64,000 bases of DNA, taken from an uncultured Acidimicrobiia bacterium. GTDB taxonomy: Bacteria; Actinomycetota; Acidimicrobiia; Spongiisociales; UBA5794. Under the pieces are notes generated by a model. That model saw only the letters and a list, made by a program, of their open reading frames with translations. It searched no databases and was not told the DNA's origin. This document shows positions 17,770 through 25,988 of this stretch, one piece after another (the first letter of the stretch is position 1; every line of letters starts with the position of its first letter). Where the stretch lies: assembly GCA_963704825.1 (NCBI GenBank), contig CAVPHV010000017.1, positions 234,994 through 298,993 of the forward strand. Direction: 5' to 3'. A program made the translations under genes and the position numbers.

Positions 17770-18565
17770 ACGCTCCTGTGGCGACGATGAACAATCGAGG
17801 AAACGGAAAGAGCGTCACTCCACTCGGCCGAGTCGGGTAGGCAGTTCGCAGCTTCTCGCGATAGACGTCGAGGAAGCGCGCCAGGTCGGCCTGGTCGAGT
17901 CCTTCGAGGATCGGCCGCAACGCAGTGCTGCTGACCCACTCGAGCACGGGGTCTACCCCGCTGAGGACCTGGAGATAGTGGGTTTCCCAGATGTCGACGT
18001 CGCCGCAATACGGTGCCAGGAGCTCGTGGTAGACGGCCGGCGCGGACACCGGCTGCGTGCCCATCCGTCTCCTCAGATCGGTGCCGCCGAGCGGCGTCGC
18101 TCCCGGTCCGCCGGTGGCAAGGACCTCACGCATCAAGTGGTGTGACGGCCCGTGCCAACTGAGTGGCATCTGGATGGCAAGGACTCCGCCGGGGGCGAGA
18201 AACCCGGCAAGGCGCCGGATCAGGTCGTTGTGGTCGGGGACCCAGTGGAGCATCGCGTTGGAGTAGATGAGGTCGACGGGTGCGGGTGGCTCCCAGCCCC
18301 GCACGTCGATCTGCTCCCAGCCGATCCGGGACTCCTCGGCGGCGGCGACCTCGAGCATCTCAGCCGACAGGTCGGTACCGGTCACGGCGGCGCCCGGCCA
18401 GCGGGTCGCGATGATCCGGGTGATTTTCCCGGTGCCGCACCCTAGGTCGTAGATGTGACGCGGAGCGTCGAGGGAGACCCGGGAGAGAAGGTCGAGCGCC
18501 GGGCGTAGCCGGGCGTCGGCGAATCGAGAGTATTGGGCAGGATCCCACGTGACTGCAGCGCCCAT
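17759..18565 (-). CDS. tam: Trans-aconitate 2-methyltransferase-like SAM methyltransferase
   Basis: 'WDPAQYSRF...RPALDLL', 'DLGCGTG', 'SNAMLHW', '[11 protein letters not shown]'. Confidence 0.88.
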   Translation of the reverse strand: MGAAVTWDPAQYSRFADARLRPALDLLSRVSLDAPRHIYDLGCGTGKITRIIATRWPGAAVTGTDLSAEMLEVAAAEESRIGWEQIDVRGWEPPAPVDLIYSNAMLHWVPDHNDLIRRLAGFLAPGGVLAIQMPLSWHGPSHHLMREVLATGGPGATPLGGTDLRRRMGTQPVSAPAVYHELLAPYCGDVDIWETHYLQVLSGVDPVLEWVSSTALRPILEGLDQADLARFLDVYREKLRTAYPTRPSGVTLFPFPRLFIVATGASTS

Positions 18566-18600
18566 CGGGCCATTCTTGCCGAACAATCCGTATGTTGTGG

Positions 18601-19317
18601 CTACGTGTTGTTGAGGAGCTCGATGTCGTGAGATCCGCAGGTGCGACATCGCAAGGTGGGGCGGCCTGTCGGTGAGTCGGGGATCGGGGTCCCGCCTTGG
18701 CCTCTCGAGGCGGGCGACGGCCTGGGCTTGAGGTGCACGACCCGCTTGGTCAGGTCGGCGCCGCAGGTGACGCAAAACGAGGCGTCGGCATGGTGACTGG
18801 TCCCGCAGTTGGGGCAGTCCTTCCACGAGCCGCGGTCGGCGACGACCTCTTCAACATATTCCTCTTCCGGCTCGAGTTCCTCCTCGTCGCCTTCCATGAT
18901 CACGACGTAGTGGTCTTCGCCGGCGGCAGAGAATGGCGGGATGAAGTCTTCTTTTGGCATCAGCATGCGGGCGGCCGAGGTGTGAGGGATGACGTCGCCG
19001 GTGCTGTCGATGGTGTAGAGCGCCACCGCGTGGTTTTCGCCGAAGGCCTGTGCCGAGTCCGAGTAACCGCTGACGGAAAACAGGACCGGGGAGAAGTCGG
19101 TGTCGGCGACGTACTTCAAAAGCGCCAGGATGGCGGCCTGGCCGACCTTGAGCCGGTCGTAGCGGATGCGCGAGAAGAGACCGCCACCTTCCATCTCGAT
19201 GACGCCGTCCACCGGCTCATCGACGCGTTCGGGCACCGCTCCAGCGTGGATCAACCACGTCTGGGCGGCGTGATACGCCTCGGCGAGACTCAGTGTTGGG
19301 TCCATGTAGCCGACCAT
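18601..19317 (-). CDS. Hypothetical protein: degenerate Mrr-like nuclease fold plus zinc ribbons
   Basis: 'LFSVSGYSDSAQAFGENHAVALYTI' resembles the Mrr_cat C-terminus; acidic linker; CPNC...CVTC and CRTC. Confidence 0.6.
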   Translation of the reverse strand: MVGYMDPTLSLAEAYHAAQTWLIHAGAVPERVDEPVDGVIEMEGGGLFSRIRYDRLKVGQAAILALLKYVADTDFSPVLFSVSGYSDSAQAFGENHAVALYTIDSTGDVIPHTSAARMLMPKEDFIPPFSAAGEDHYVVIMEGDEEELEPEEEYVEEVVADRGSWKDCPNCGTSHHADASFCVTCGADLTKRVVHLKPRPSPASRGQGGTPIPDSPTGRPTLRCRTCGSHDIELLNNT

Positions 19318-19456
19318 GGGCGACACGGCTCCCTTCTCATCCGCAGAATCATCGTGCTGGGTTGCACGATAGGAACATCGGCGGCGCCTTGGTGACGCTT
19401 CAGCATTCTGTGCGCGGCGACGGCTTCGGGGCGGCTGGGGTCGTCTGGCATCGGAA

Positions 19457-20362
19457 TCAACGTAATTGGTGGGGGATCGAGTGATTCCAGTCGGCCAGTA
19501 GCGTGCGCAGCGACGCCACAAACGCCAGCGGTTGGTCGAGAATCAGGTGGTGATGCGCTTCCGGAATCGATACCACCGGGGCGGATCGGCCGAGCAATCC
19601 GTACATGTAGTCGGCGGTGTCGGGCGGAACCACGACGGAGTGCTCGCCGCGCAGCAGGGCGACTCGGCACCGCACCGAAGCGAGTTGTTCGCGCAGCGCA
19701 ACCAGCGTGTGGGCGAACAGGTGAGGGTCGAACTTCCAGGTCCAGCCGTCCTGGGTTTCGCGCAGGCTGTGGCGAGCGATGTGGTCGATGATGAAGTCGT
19801 GTTCCGATGGCTGTGGTGGGATCAGCCGGAAATGACCGATGGCGTCATCGAGTGTCGGGTAGACGCCGGGCGATCTGAACGCTCGGCCGCTGGCGCCTTC
19901 CTCGGACTCGGGGTCGGGACGTCGCACCGGAGAATCGACGATCACGGCGCCTGCCAGCTGATCGCCATGGGTCGACGCGGTTTGGATGGTCACCATTCCG
20001 CCCAGGGAGTGGCCGACAACCACCGGCGGGCCGGGGAACTCGGCGTCGGCCGCGACGGCGAGGACCTCGCGAGCCCACTGTTCGTGGGAGTACTCGGGTC
20101 GCTTGCCGCTGTCACCGTGACCGGAGAGGTCGAGGGCGACCACGTGCCAGTCGGTCGCAAACCACGGTGCCAGGAAGCTCCACCAGTGGGCGTGGGCGGC
20201 GCCGCCGTGGACCAGGACGAGACCCGGACAGCCGCGACAGCCCCAATCGAGGTAGTGAATGGGGGTCTCGTCCACGGTCACAAATCGTTCCGTGACGGGA
20301 ACGGACAGGGCGTCCGTGAACCATGGTGGCGGCGTGGAGGTCACACCCGGGAGACTACCCAC
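19457..20362 (-). CDS. Alpha/beta hydrolase
   Basis: 'HGGAAH', 'GHSLGG', 'HHLILDQP'; start could be 20344. Confidence 0.9.
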   Translation of the reverse strand: MGSLPGVTSTPPPWFTDALSVPVTERFVTVDETPIHYLDWGCRGCPGLVLVHGGAAHAHWWSFLAPWFATDWHVVALDLSGHGDSGKRPEYSHEQWAREVLAVAADAEFPGPPVVVGHSLGGMVTIQTASTHGDQLAGAVIVDSPVRRPDPESEEGASGRAFRSPGVYPTLDDAIGHFRLIPPQPSEHDFIIDHIARHSLRETQDGWTWKFDPHLFAHTLVALREQLASVRCRVALLRGEHSVVVPPDTADYMYGLLGRSAPVVSIPEAHHHLILDQPLAFVASLRTLLADWNHSIPHQLR

Positions 20363-20368
20363 CTTGGA

Positions 20369-20779
20369 CTACTGCTCGACGGGGAACCCTGCCTCGTTCC
20401 ATGCCACGATGCCGCCGTCGAGGTTGTAGACCTGCTCGAAACCGAGATCACGCATCGTCTCGATGGCCTGCCCCGATCGGTTGCCGGAGCGGCAGTACAC
20501 GAAGTAGGGGAGGGTCTTGTCGAGAGCGTCAAGGCGGTCGGCAAAGTCGGGGGCGTAGAAATCGAGATTGCTGGCGCCTGCGATTCTGACCTCGTTGAAC
20601 TCCTCGAGGGTGCGCACGTCGAGCGTGACCAGCCCGGTGGGGGGTTCGGCGAGGATCTCGGCCGCTTCGGTCGCAGGGACCGTTTCGATCACGGCGGTGT
20701 CGGATCCGCCGCAGGCGGCCAACAGGAGTGTGCTTGCCGCCAGGATGGCGGCGATGGTCGTGCGGGTCGTGCGGGTCAT
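20369..20779 (-). CDS. Rhodanese-domain lipoprotein
   Basis: Lipobox LAAC; 'LDVRT..EF', active loop 'YCRSGNRS', 'YNLDGGIVAW'. Confidence 0.9.
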   Translation of the reverse strand: MTRTTRTTIAAILAASTLLLAACGGSDTAVIETVPATEAAEILAEPPTGLVTLDVRTLEEFNEVRIAGASNLDFYAPDFADRLDALDKTLPYFVYCRSGNRSGQAIETMRDLGFEQVYNLDGGIVAWNEAGFPVEQ

Positions 20780-20814
20780 GGGTCTTCGTCCTCCGTGGAA
20801 GTCTGTCAATGCGA

Positions 20815-21084
20815 TCAGCTGAGTTGCAGGAACATGCGTTCGAGCTTGTCCGCCGAGTATCCCTGTGCTTCGGCCTTGGCCGGGTCGAGGGCACATTGGG
20901 TGAGCGTGGTGGCGAAGTACTTGAAGCCGGCTTGCTCGAGCGCCTTGATCGCAGCCGCAAACTGGGTGACTACGTCGGTGCACTCGCGCCCCTCGCGAAT
21001 CATCCCTTGAATGCCACGAACCTGGCCTTCTACCCGCCGCAGACGGGCGACGAGCTGATCGGTCTGCGCTTCGGTCAATTCCAT
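20815..21084 (-). CDS. CsoR/RcnR-family repressor, CstR-like
   Basis: 'RLRRVEGQVRGIQGMI...REC.DVVTQ'; two Cys kept, Cu-ligand His absent ('TTLTQC'). Confidence 0.88.
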   Translation of the reverse strand: MELTEAQTDQLVARLRRVEGQVRGIQGMIREGRECTDVVTQFAAAIKALEQAGFKYFATTLTQCALDPAKAEAQGYSADKLERMFLQLS

Positions 21085-21096
21085 AACCCGGGGAGT

Positions 21097-21112
21097 ATAC
21101 CCCAGGGGGTAT
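21097..21112. promoter_or_regulatory. CsoR-family operator
   Basis: Perfect palindrome ATACCCC-AG-GGGGTAT, 12 nt upstream of the repressor start. Confidence 0.85.
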
Positions 21113-22815
21113 CACTCGATGTCGGGCGAGGTCTCGCCGATACGAAGCTCGTCGGGGAACGGGAACCAGCGAAGATGCTCGAAATCAACCGTGACTTCAG
21201 GCACGCCGAGCGGCGAGGGCAGTTTCAGTTGAGCCGTTGCCAGCAACTCCTCGGCAGCACTGAGATAGTCGACGAGTCTGCTGTCGCCGACTTGCTGCCT
21301 GCGATGCCGGTACGCCATCTCGCCGCCGTCGTAGGAGATGTCGCCCAGGCTCATCGGGGGTTCGCCTCTGCCGTCGCGATGCCGCCACAGGCCGGTTGTG
21401 GTGTCGAAGCGGTAGAAGGGCAGCAGCTTCCAACCGGCGTTCGCCACCAGGTGCACGGCATCGATGATGAAGTCGAGGACCGTTTCGGAGATGAAGTAGT
21501 TGAAGTTGACCCTGACCCAGCCGGGCTTGATTCCCTCACAGCCACGCGCGATTTCCCGTTCAAACTCGTGTGAGGTGTCGATGTCGATGCCGAGGAGGCG
21601 GTGTCCGTACGGCCCGGCACAGGAGCAGCCGCCCCGCGACTGAATCCCGAAGAGGTCGTTCAACAGGGCAACGACGTAGTTGTGGTGGAGGTACTGGTCG
21701 CCGTGACGGATCACAAACGAGACGATCGAGAGCCGATCGGCTTCGTGGTTGCCGAGCACCTCGATGTTGGGATTGTTCTCCCAAGAGGAGATGGCCCGTT
21801 TGATGAATGCCTCTTCCCGGTCGCGGATGACGTCGGCGCCGACGGCTTCCTTCAGTTGGAACACCAGGCCGGCTCGGATCGACTCGACAATCGCCGGGGT
21901 GCCGCCTTCTTCGCGGTGTTCGATGTCTTCGAGGTAACGATGGTCTGCAGGGTTCACGTAGGCGACGGTGCCGCCCCCGGGCACTGCCGGGACCCGGTTG
22001 GCGAACAGTTCGCGCCGCCCCACCAGGACCCCCGGCGTGCCCGGGCCGCCGATGAGCTTGTGCGGCGAGACAAAGACGGCGTCCTTGTACCAATCGCCAT
22101 CCGCCGGAGAGCCCATCTCGACCGAGACGTAGGGTGCCGCGGCGGCAAAATCCCAAAAGGACAAGGCTCCGTGACGGTGCAGCAGGGAGGCTACGGCTCG
22201 AGTGTCGGTGATGATGCCGGTCACGTTCGAGGCGGCGGAGAACGAACCAATCTTGAGCGGACGATCGGCGTGACGAATCAGTTCTTGTTCGAGATGGGCG
22301 AGGTCGATGTGGCCGTCGTGGTCCTCGCCGATGGTCACGACGTCGGCGATGGATTCACGCCAGGGAAGTTCGTTGGAGTGATGTTCAAAAGGGCCGATGA
22401 ACACAACCGGTCGGGCTTGGGACGGAATCTGATCACTGAGATGGTGCGAGTCGTCGAGACTGCTCGGCAGCCTGATCCCGAGCACATCGATCAGCTTGGC
22501 GATCGCCCCGGTGCAACCCGAGCCGGCGAACACGACGGCGTGGTCCTCGGTTGCCCCCAGGCAGCGCCGAATGATGGCCCTGGCCTCCTCGCGATAGCGG
22601 GTGGTCTGCAACCCGGTTCCCGATGACTCGGTGTGGGTGTTGGCGTAGAGCGGGAGCACCGCCTCGCGAATGTAATCCTCGATGAAGCTCAACGATCGCC
22701 CAGACGCCGTGTAGTCGGCGTAGGTGACCCGCCGCGGGCCGAAGGGACCGTCGACGACTTCGTCCTTGCCGATCACCGACTGCCGTATGTACTCAACGAG
22801 TTGCTGATTCGTCAC
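21112..22815 (-). CDS. Class V aminotransferase / cysteine desulfurase-like protein
   Basis: GTG start; 'YADYTASGR', 'EHHSNELPW', PLP Lys 'SPHKLIGG', 'RGGCSCAG'. Confidence 0.88.
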   Translation of the reverse strand: MTNQQLVEYIRQSVIGKDEVVDGPFGPRRVTYADYTASGRSLSFIEDYIREAVLPLYANTHTESSGTGLQTTRYREEARAIIRRCLGATEDHAVVFAGSGCTGAIAKLIDVLGIRLPSSLDDSHHLSDQIPSQARPVVFIGPFEHHSNELPWRESIADVVTIGEDHDGHIDLAHLEQELIRHADRPLKIGSFSAASNVTGIITDTRAVASLLHRHGALSFWDFAAAAPYVSVEMGSPADGDWYKDAVFVSPHKLIGGPGTPGVLVGRRELFANRVPAVPGGGTVAYVNPADHRYLEDIEHREEGGTPAIVESIRAGLVFQLKEAVGADVIRDREEAFIKRAISSWENNPNIEVLGNHEADRLSIVSFVIRHGDQYLHHNYVVALLNDLFGIQSRGGCSCAGPYGHRLLGIDIDTSHEFEREIARGCEGIKPGWVRVNFNYFISETVLDFIIDAVHLVANAGWKLLPFYRFDTTTGLWRHRDGRGEPPMSLGDISYDGGEMAYRHRRQQVGDSRLVDYLSAAEELLATAQLKLPSPLGVPEVTVDFEHLRWFPFPDELRIGETSPDIE

Positions 22816-22841
22816 GGACGTGAGGTTAGGTGACTGGTGCC

Positions 22842-23627
22842 TCAAGCTGCGGCCGGGCGGCACACCTTGCAGGGCCGGTAGCCGGCAGCCTCGGCCTGGC
22901 GCTCGGAGCGGAACGGCACGCGGTGGCGGTCCGTGATCCGTCTGGCGTGGCGGCACGTGGGGAAGCAGAACACGTTGGTGGTGTCGCTGCCGTAGAACCG
23001 GATTCCGGCGTCGGCGCCGGCGTCGAGCGCGGTTGTGTCGAGACCTTCGTGCGTCAGCAGGTCGCGCTTCATCTCCTCGCCGAAGGCGTAGTCGCCGATG
23101 CTGCCGTCGCTGCGGCCCACTCGGTGGCACGGGATCACGACCGGCACCGGGTTCCTGTTGAGGGCGCTGCCTACGGCCCGCACCGCACCGGGCTTGTCGA
23201 TTTCGCGTGCCACCCACCCGTAGGTGCGCAACTCACCGGGAGGGATTTCCGCCGTCTTGCGCAGCACGGCTTGCTGGAACTCGGTCAGGTGGGTGAGGTC
23301 TACGGGCAGAGCGCCGAGCCTGCCGGTGCGCAGCGTCCGTTCGAGGCCTGCTGCCAGCCGGGGAGGGAGTTCGCCGGGGAAGGCCCTGGCGCCGACTCGG
23401 GTCTCGTAGATGGTGAGGAAGCTGGCCTCGTCCGGAGCGGGCACCACCGCCGATACCCCGCGCTCGTTGTGCGCCACATAGAGGACGATGCCGGTCGGCC
23501 CCGTGATGGTGGCGTAGCGGTCGGCGAGCCCGGTTGCGGTCAGGGTGTGAGCCAGGATGCTCGACGGAGCCGAGGTACGCAGCGCCTCAAGTCCGGTGAC
23601 GACGTCGGACGTGGTTGGGTTGGTCAT
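22842..23627 (-). CDS. Methylated-DNA-protein-cysteine methyltransferase fused to a C-terminal Ada metal-binding domain
   Basis: 'RAVGSAL..NP...VIPCHRV'; C-terminal 'FCFPTC...YRPCKVCRP'. Confidence 0.92.
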   Translation of the reverse strand: MTNPTTSDVVTGLEALRTSAPSSILAHTLTATGLADRYATITGPTGIVLYVAHNERGVSAVVPAPDEASFLTIYETRVGARAFPGELPPRLAAGLERTLRTGRLGALPVDLTHLTEFQQAVLRKTAEIPPGELRTYGWVAREIDKPGAVRAVGSALNRNPVPVVIPCHRVGRSDGSIGDYAFGEEMKRDLLTHEGLDTTALDAGADAGIRFYGSDTTNVFCFPTCRHARRITDRHRVPFRSERQAEAAGYRPCKVCRPAAA

Positions 23628-24217
23628 GGTTTCTCCTCAATCTCGGCGGTGAGCAGGTCCCGCAAGTGTTCGAGGCCGCGGTGCACGTCGGCTTTCGTCG
23701 TGCCGACGGGGCGGTCGAGCGCGGCAGCGATCTCCGCATAGGAAAGCCCAACGACGTGGCGCAGGACGACCGCGACGCGCTGCGGAGCCGGCAGTGTGTC
23801 GAGCCGCTGCTGCCATTCGGCGGCGATCACGGCCGCCATGCCGTCGGCGGCGACGTCAACTGTGTCCGGCGCGGCGCGATCATCGGTCGCCAATGGCACC
23901 GTGACGGCGGCACGTTTACGGCCGCGAGCCGCGTTGCGGCACAGGTTGACGGCGATCGTCCACAGCCAAGGGCGCAGCTTCAGATCTCGGATCCGATCCG
24001 GGTCGTAGCCGAGCAGTGCCCGGTAGGCCCGGATGAAGGCTTCCTGGGTGACGTCCTCGGCATCGTGGCGCGTCGGCACCATGCGCAGGACCCCCGAGAA
24101 GATGCCGTCCTGGTGGGCGATGATCAGGTCGGGAAACGTGGCGGCGACGTCGCGAGCCAGCCGTTTGGTGAGCCGCCGATCGGTATCGGCATCCACTCGG
24201 TTGGTTGGCGTCGTCAT
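23624..24217 (-). CDS. ECF sigma factor
   Basis: 'DAEDVTQEAFIRAY', 'WLWTIAVNLCRN', 'LSYAEIAAALDRPVGTTKADVHRG'; ATGA-coupled to the MGMT-Ada gene. Confidence 0.92.
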   Translation of the reverse strand: MTTPTNRVDADTDRRLTKRLARDVAATFPDLIIAHQDGIFSGVLRMVPTRHDAEDVTQEAFIRAYRALLGYDPDRIRDLKLRPWLWTIAVNLCRNAARGRKRAAVTVPLATDDRAAPDTVDVAADGMAAVIAAEWQQRLDTLPAPQRVAVVLRHVVGLSYAEIAAALDRPVGTTKADVHRGLEHLRDLLTAEIEEKP

Positions 24218-24256
24218 GGTCACCGAAACGTCTTCCGTCGTTGGGTTCACAGAGAA

Positions 24257-24284
24257 GAACCCCGCCGCAGGCGCAACGGTTGCA
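24257..24284 (-). promoter_or_regulatory. Possible ECF-type autoregulatory promoter
   Basis: Minus strand TGCAACC-N17-GTTC, about 40 nt upstream of the sigma start. Confidence 0.35.
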
Positions 24285-25961
24285 TCAATCGAGCAGGAAC
24301 TGGCGCACCAGGTCGATCCCGACGGGGCCAACCCCGAGGAGGTCGGCATGGAACGCTTTGAGATCGAACTGGTCGCCGCGCGCCGCCTCCAGCTCGTCAC
24401 GGGTGTCGAGGATCATGCGTTCTCCCACCTTGTAGGAGATGGCTTGACCCGGCCATCCGTAGTAGCGGGTCACCTCGGATGCGGCGTACGCCGGTTCGAG
24501 GGTCGCATAGTCACACAACATCTGTGTTGCCGTCTCGAAATTCCACGCCTCGCCGGGGTGGAACGACTGGTCGCGGGGTATCGGGTACCCGAGGTGAGAA
24601 CCGATGTCGATGACGACTCTGCAGGCTCGTAGCATCTGGGCCGACAGCCACCCGAAGACGTAGTCGGGGGTATCCAGATAGCCCAGTTCCTCCATCAGGC
24701 GCTCGGCATAGAGCGCCCACCCCTCGCCGGTGCCGGATTTCCACACCCACAGGCGCTGCAGGCGGCTGAGACGCTCGGCGTGCGACATCTGGACCCCAAC
24801 TTGGAGATGGTGGCCGGGGAACCCCTCGTGGTAGGCCGTGGTGATTTCGTCGTAGAGCGGGAAGGGGCCGTCGCCCTCGAGTGACCACCAGACCGATCCC
24901 GGTCGGCTGAAGTCCTCTGATGGCCCAACGTAGTAGGCACCCAGCGAGCCTCCGGGAGCGGCCAGCTTGACCTCAACGTCCCGGATTGTGTCGGGAACGT
25001 CGAAGTGGGTGCCGGCCAGCTGCTCGAGGGCGGCTCGTTCCCGTTCCTGGATATCGCGCACGAAGGACGCCCGATCGGCAGCCAGCCGGTTGGGGTCGGT
25101 CTTGAGTATCTCGATGGCATCGGCAATGGTGCCGCCGAACGTAATCTCCGCCGCCACCGCCTCCATCCGAGTTCGCAGGTCGGCGACCTCGGCCCATCCC
25201 CAGGCGTAGGTCTCGCCCGGGTCGATCGTGGTGCCGAGGAACCGCGCCGCCTCACGGACATACCGAGTTTCGCCGACCGCATCGGTGGCGGCGGCATTGG
25301 GCAGGTACTCGGTGCGAAGGTAGTCGGCGAAGTCTCCAAAGGCACTGCGCCCCGCGACGATGGCGGATTCGAGTCGCGACGCCAGATCTTCACCCTCGGG
25401 CAGTTCGGCGGCGGCGAGCGACTCACGGAGGGTGAGGAACGGCGACTGATCCGACGCCATCGCGGTTGCCTGCTCGATGGCGGCTTCGACCTGGCGTTGG
25501 GCGACGGCCAATCCCTGCTCGATTCCGAGGTCGAGCGACTCCCGATAGCGGGCGAACGCTGGCCCGAGTGTGGTGAGTCGGGCCACGATGTCGTTCCATG
25601 CTTCCGCCCTGTCGCGGCTCATGTGGTCGAACGTCTCGCGAAAGCCCTGCAGGGGAGACGCGATCGAATTCAGTGCCCTGAGGTGGTCGCCGGAGGCGAT
25701 GAAGTCGAGTTCTTCCTCGAGCATGTCGCGCGCCACCTCGATGGCGAGCGCTTCCCACCGCGAAGTGGGCGGGGGCACTTCATCCACCCGGCTCTGGAGA
25801 TCCGTGAGTGCTGCCGCAATGGTGGCGTACCCGGCGGGGCTCAGGTCGGGCCAGCGGTCGTCGTACCCGGCCACTCCCCGGTAGGTGGCCTCGTTGGGCA
25901 GCAGGGCGCACATCTCGTCGACGATCGTGCTGGAGAGGGGATAGATCGGGTGATCAGGCAT
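24285..25961 (-). CDS. DUF885 domain protein
   Basis: 'AYYVGPSEDFSRPG', 'YHEGFPGHHLQ', 'EGWALYAE', 'PGQAISYKVG'. Confidence 0.92.
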   Translation of the reverse strand: MPDHPIYPLSSTIVDEMCALLPNEATYRGVAGYDDRWPDLSPAGYATIAAALTDLQSRVDEVPPPTSRWEALAIEVARDMLEEELDFIASGDHLRALNSIASPLQGFRETFDHMSRDRAEAWNDIVARLTTLGPAFARYRESLDLGIEQGLAVAQRQVEAAIEQATAMASDQSPFLTLRESLAAAELPEGEDLASRLESAIVAGRSAFGDFADYLRTEYLPNAAATDAVGETRYVREAARFLGTTIDPGETYAWGWAEVADLRTRMEAVAAEITFGGTIADAIEILKTDPNRLAADRASFVRDIQERERAALEQLAGTHFDVPDTIRDVEVKLAAPGGSLGAYYVGPSEDFSRPGSVWWSLEGDGPFPLYDEITTAYHEGFPGHHLQVGVQMSHAERLSRLQRLWVWKSGTGEGWALYAERLMEELGYLDTPDYVFGWLSAQMLRACRVVIDIGSHLGYPIPRDQSFHPGEAWNFETATQMLCDYATLEPAYAASEVTRYYGWPGQAISYKVGERMILDTRDELEAARGDQFDLKAFHADLLGVGPVGIDLVRQFLLD

Positions 25962-25988
25962 GTCGTGAGGGTACCTCGTGGACCTCCC

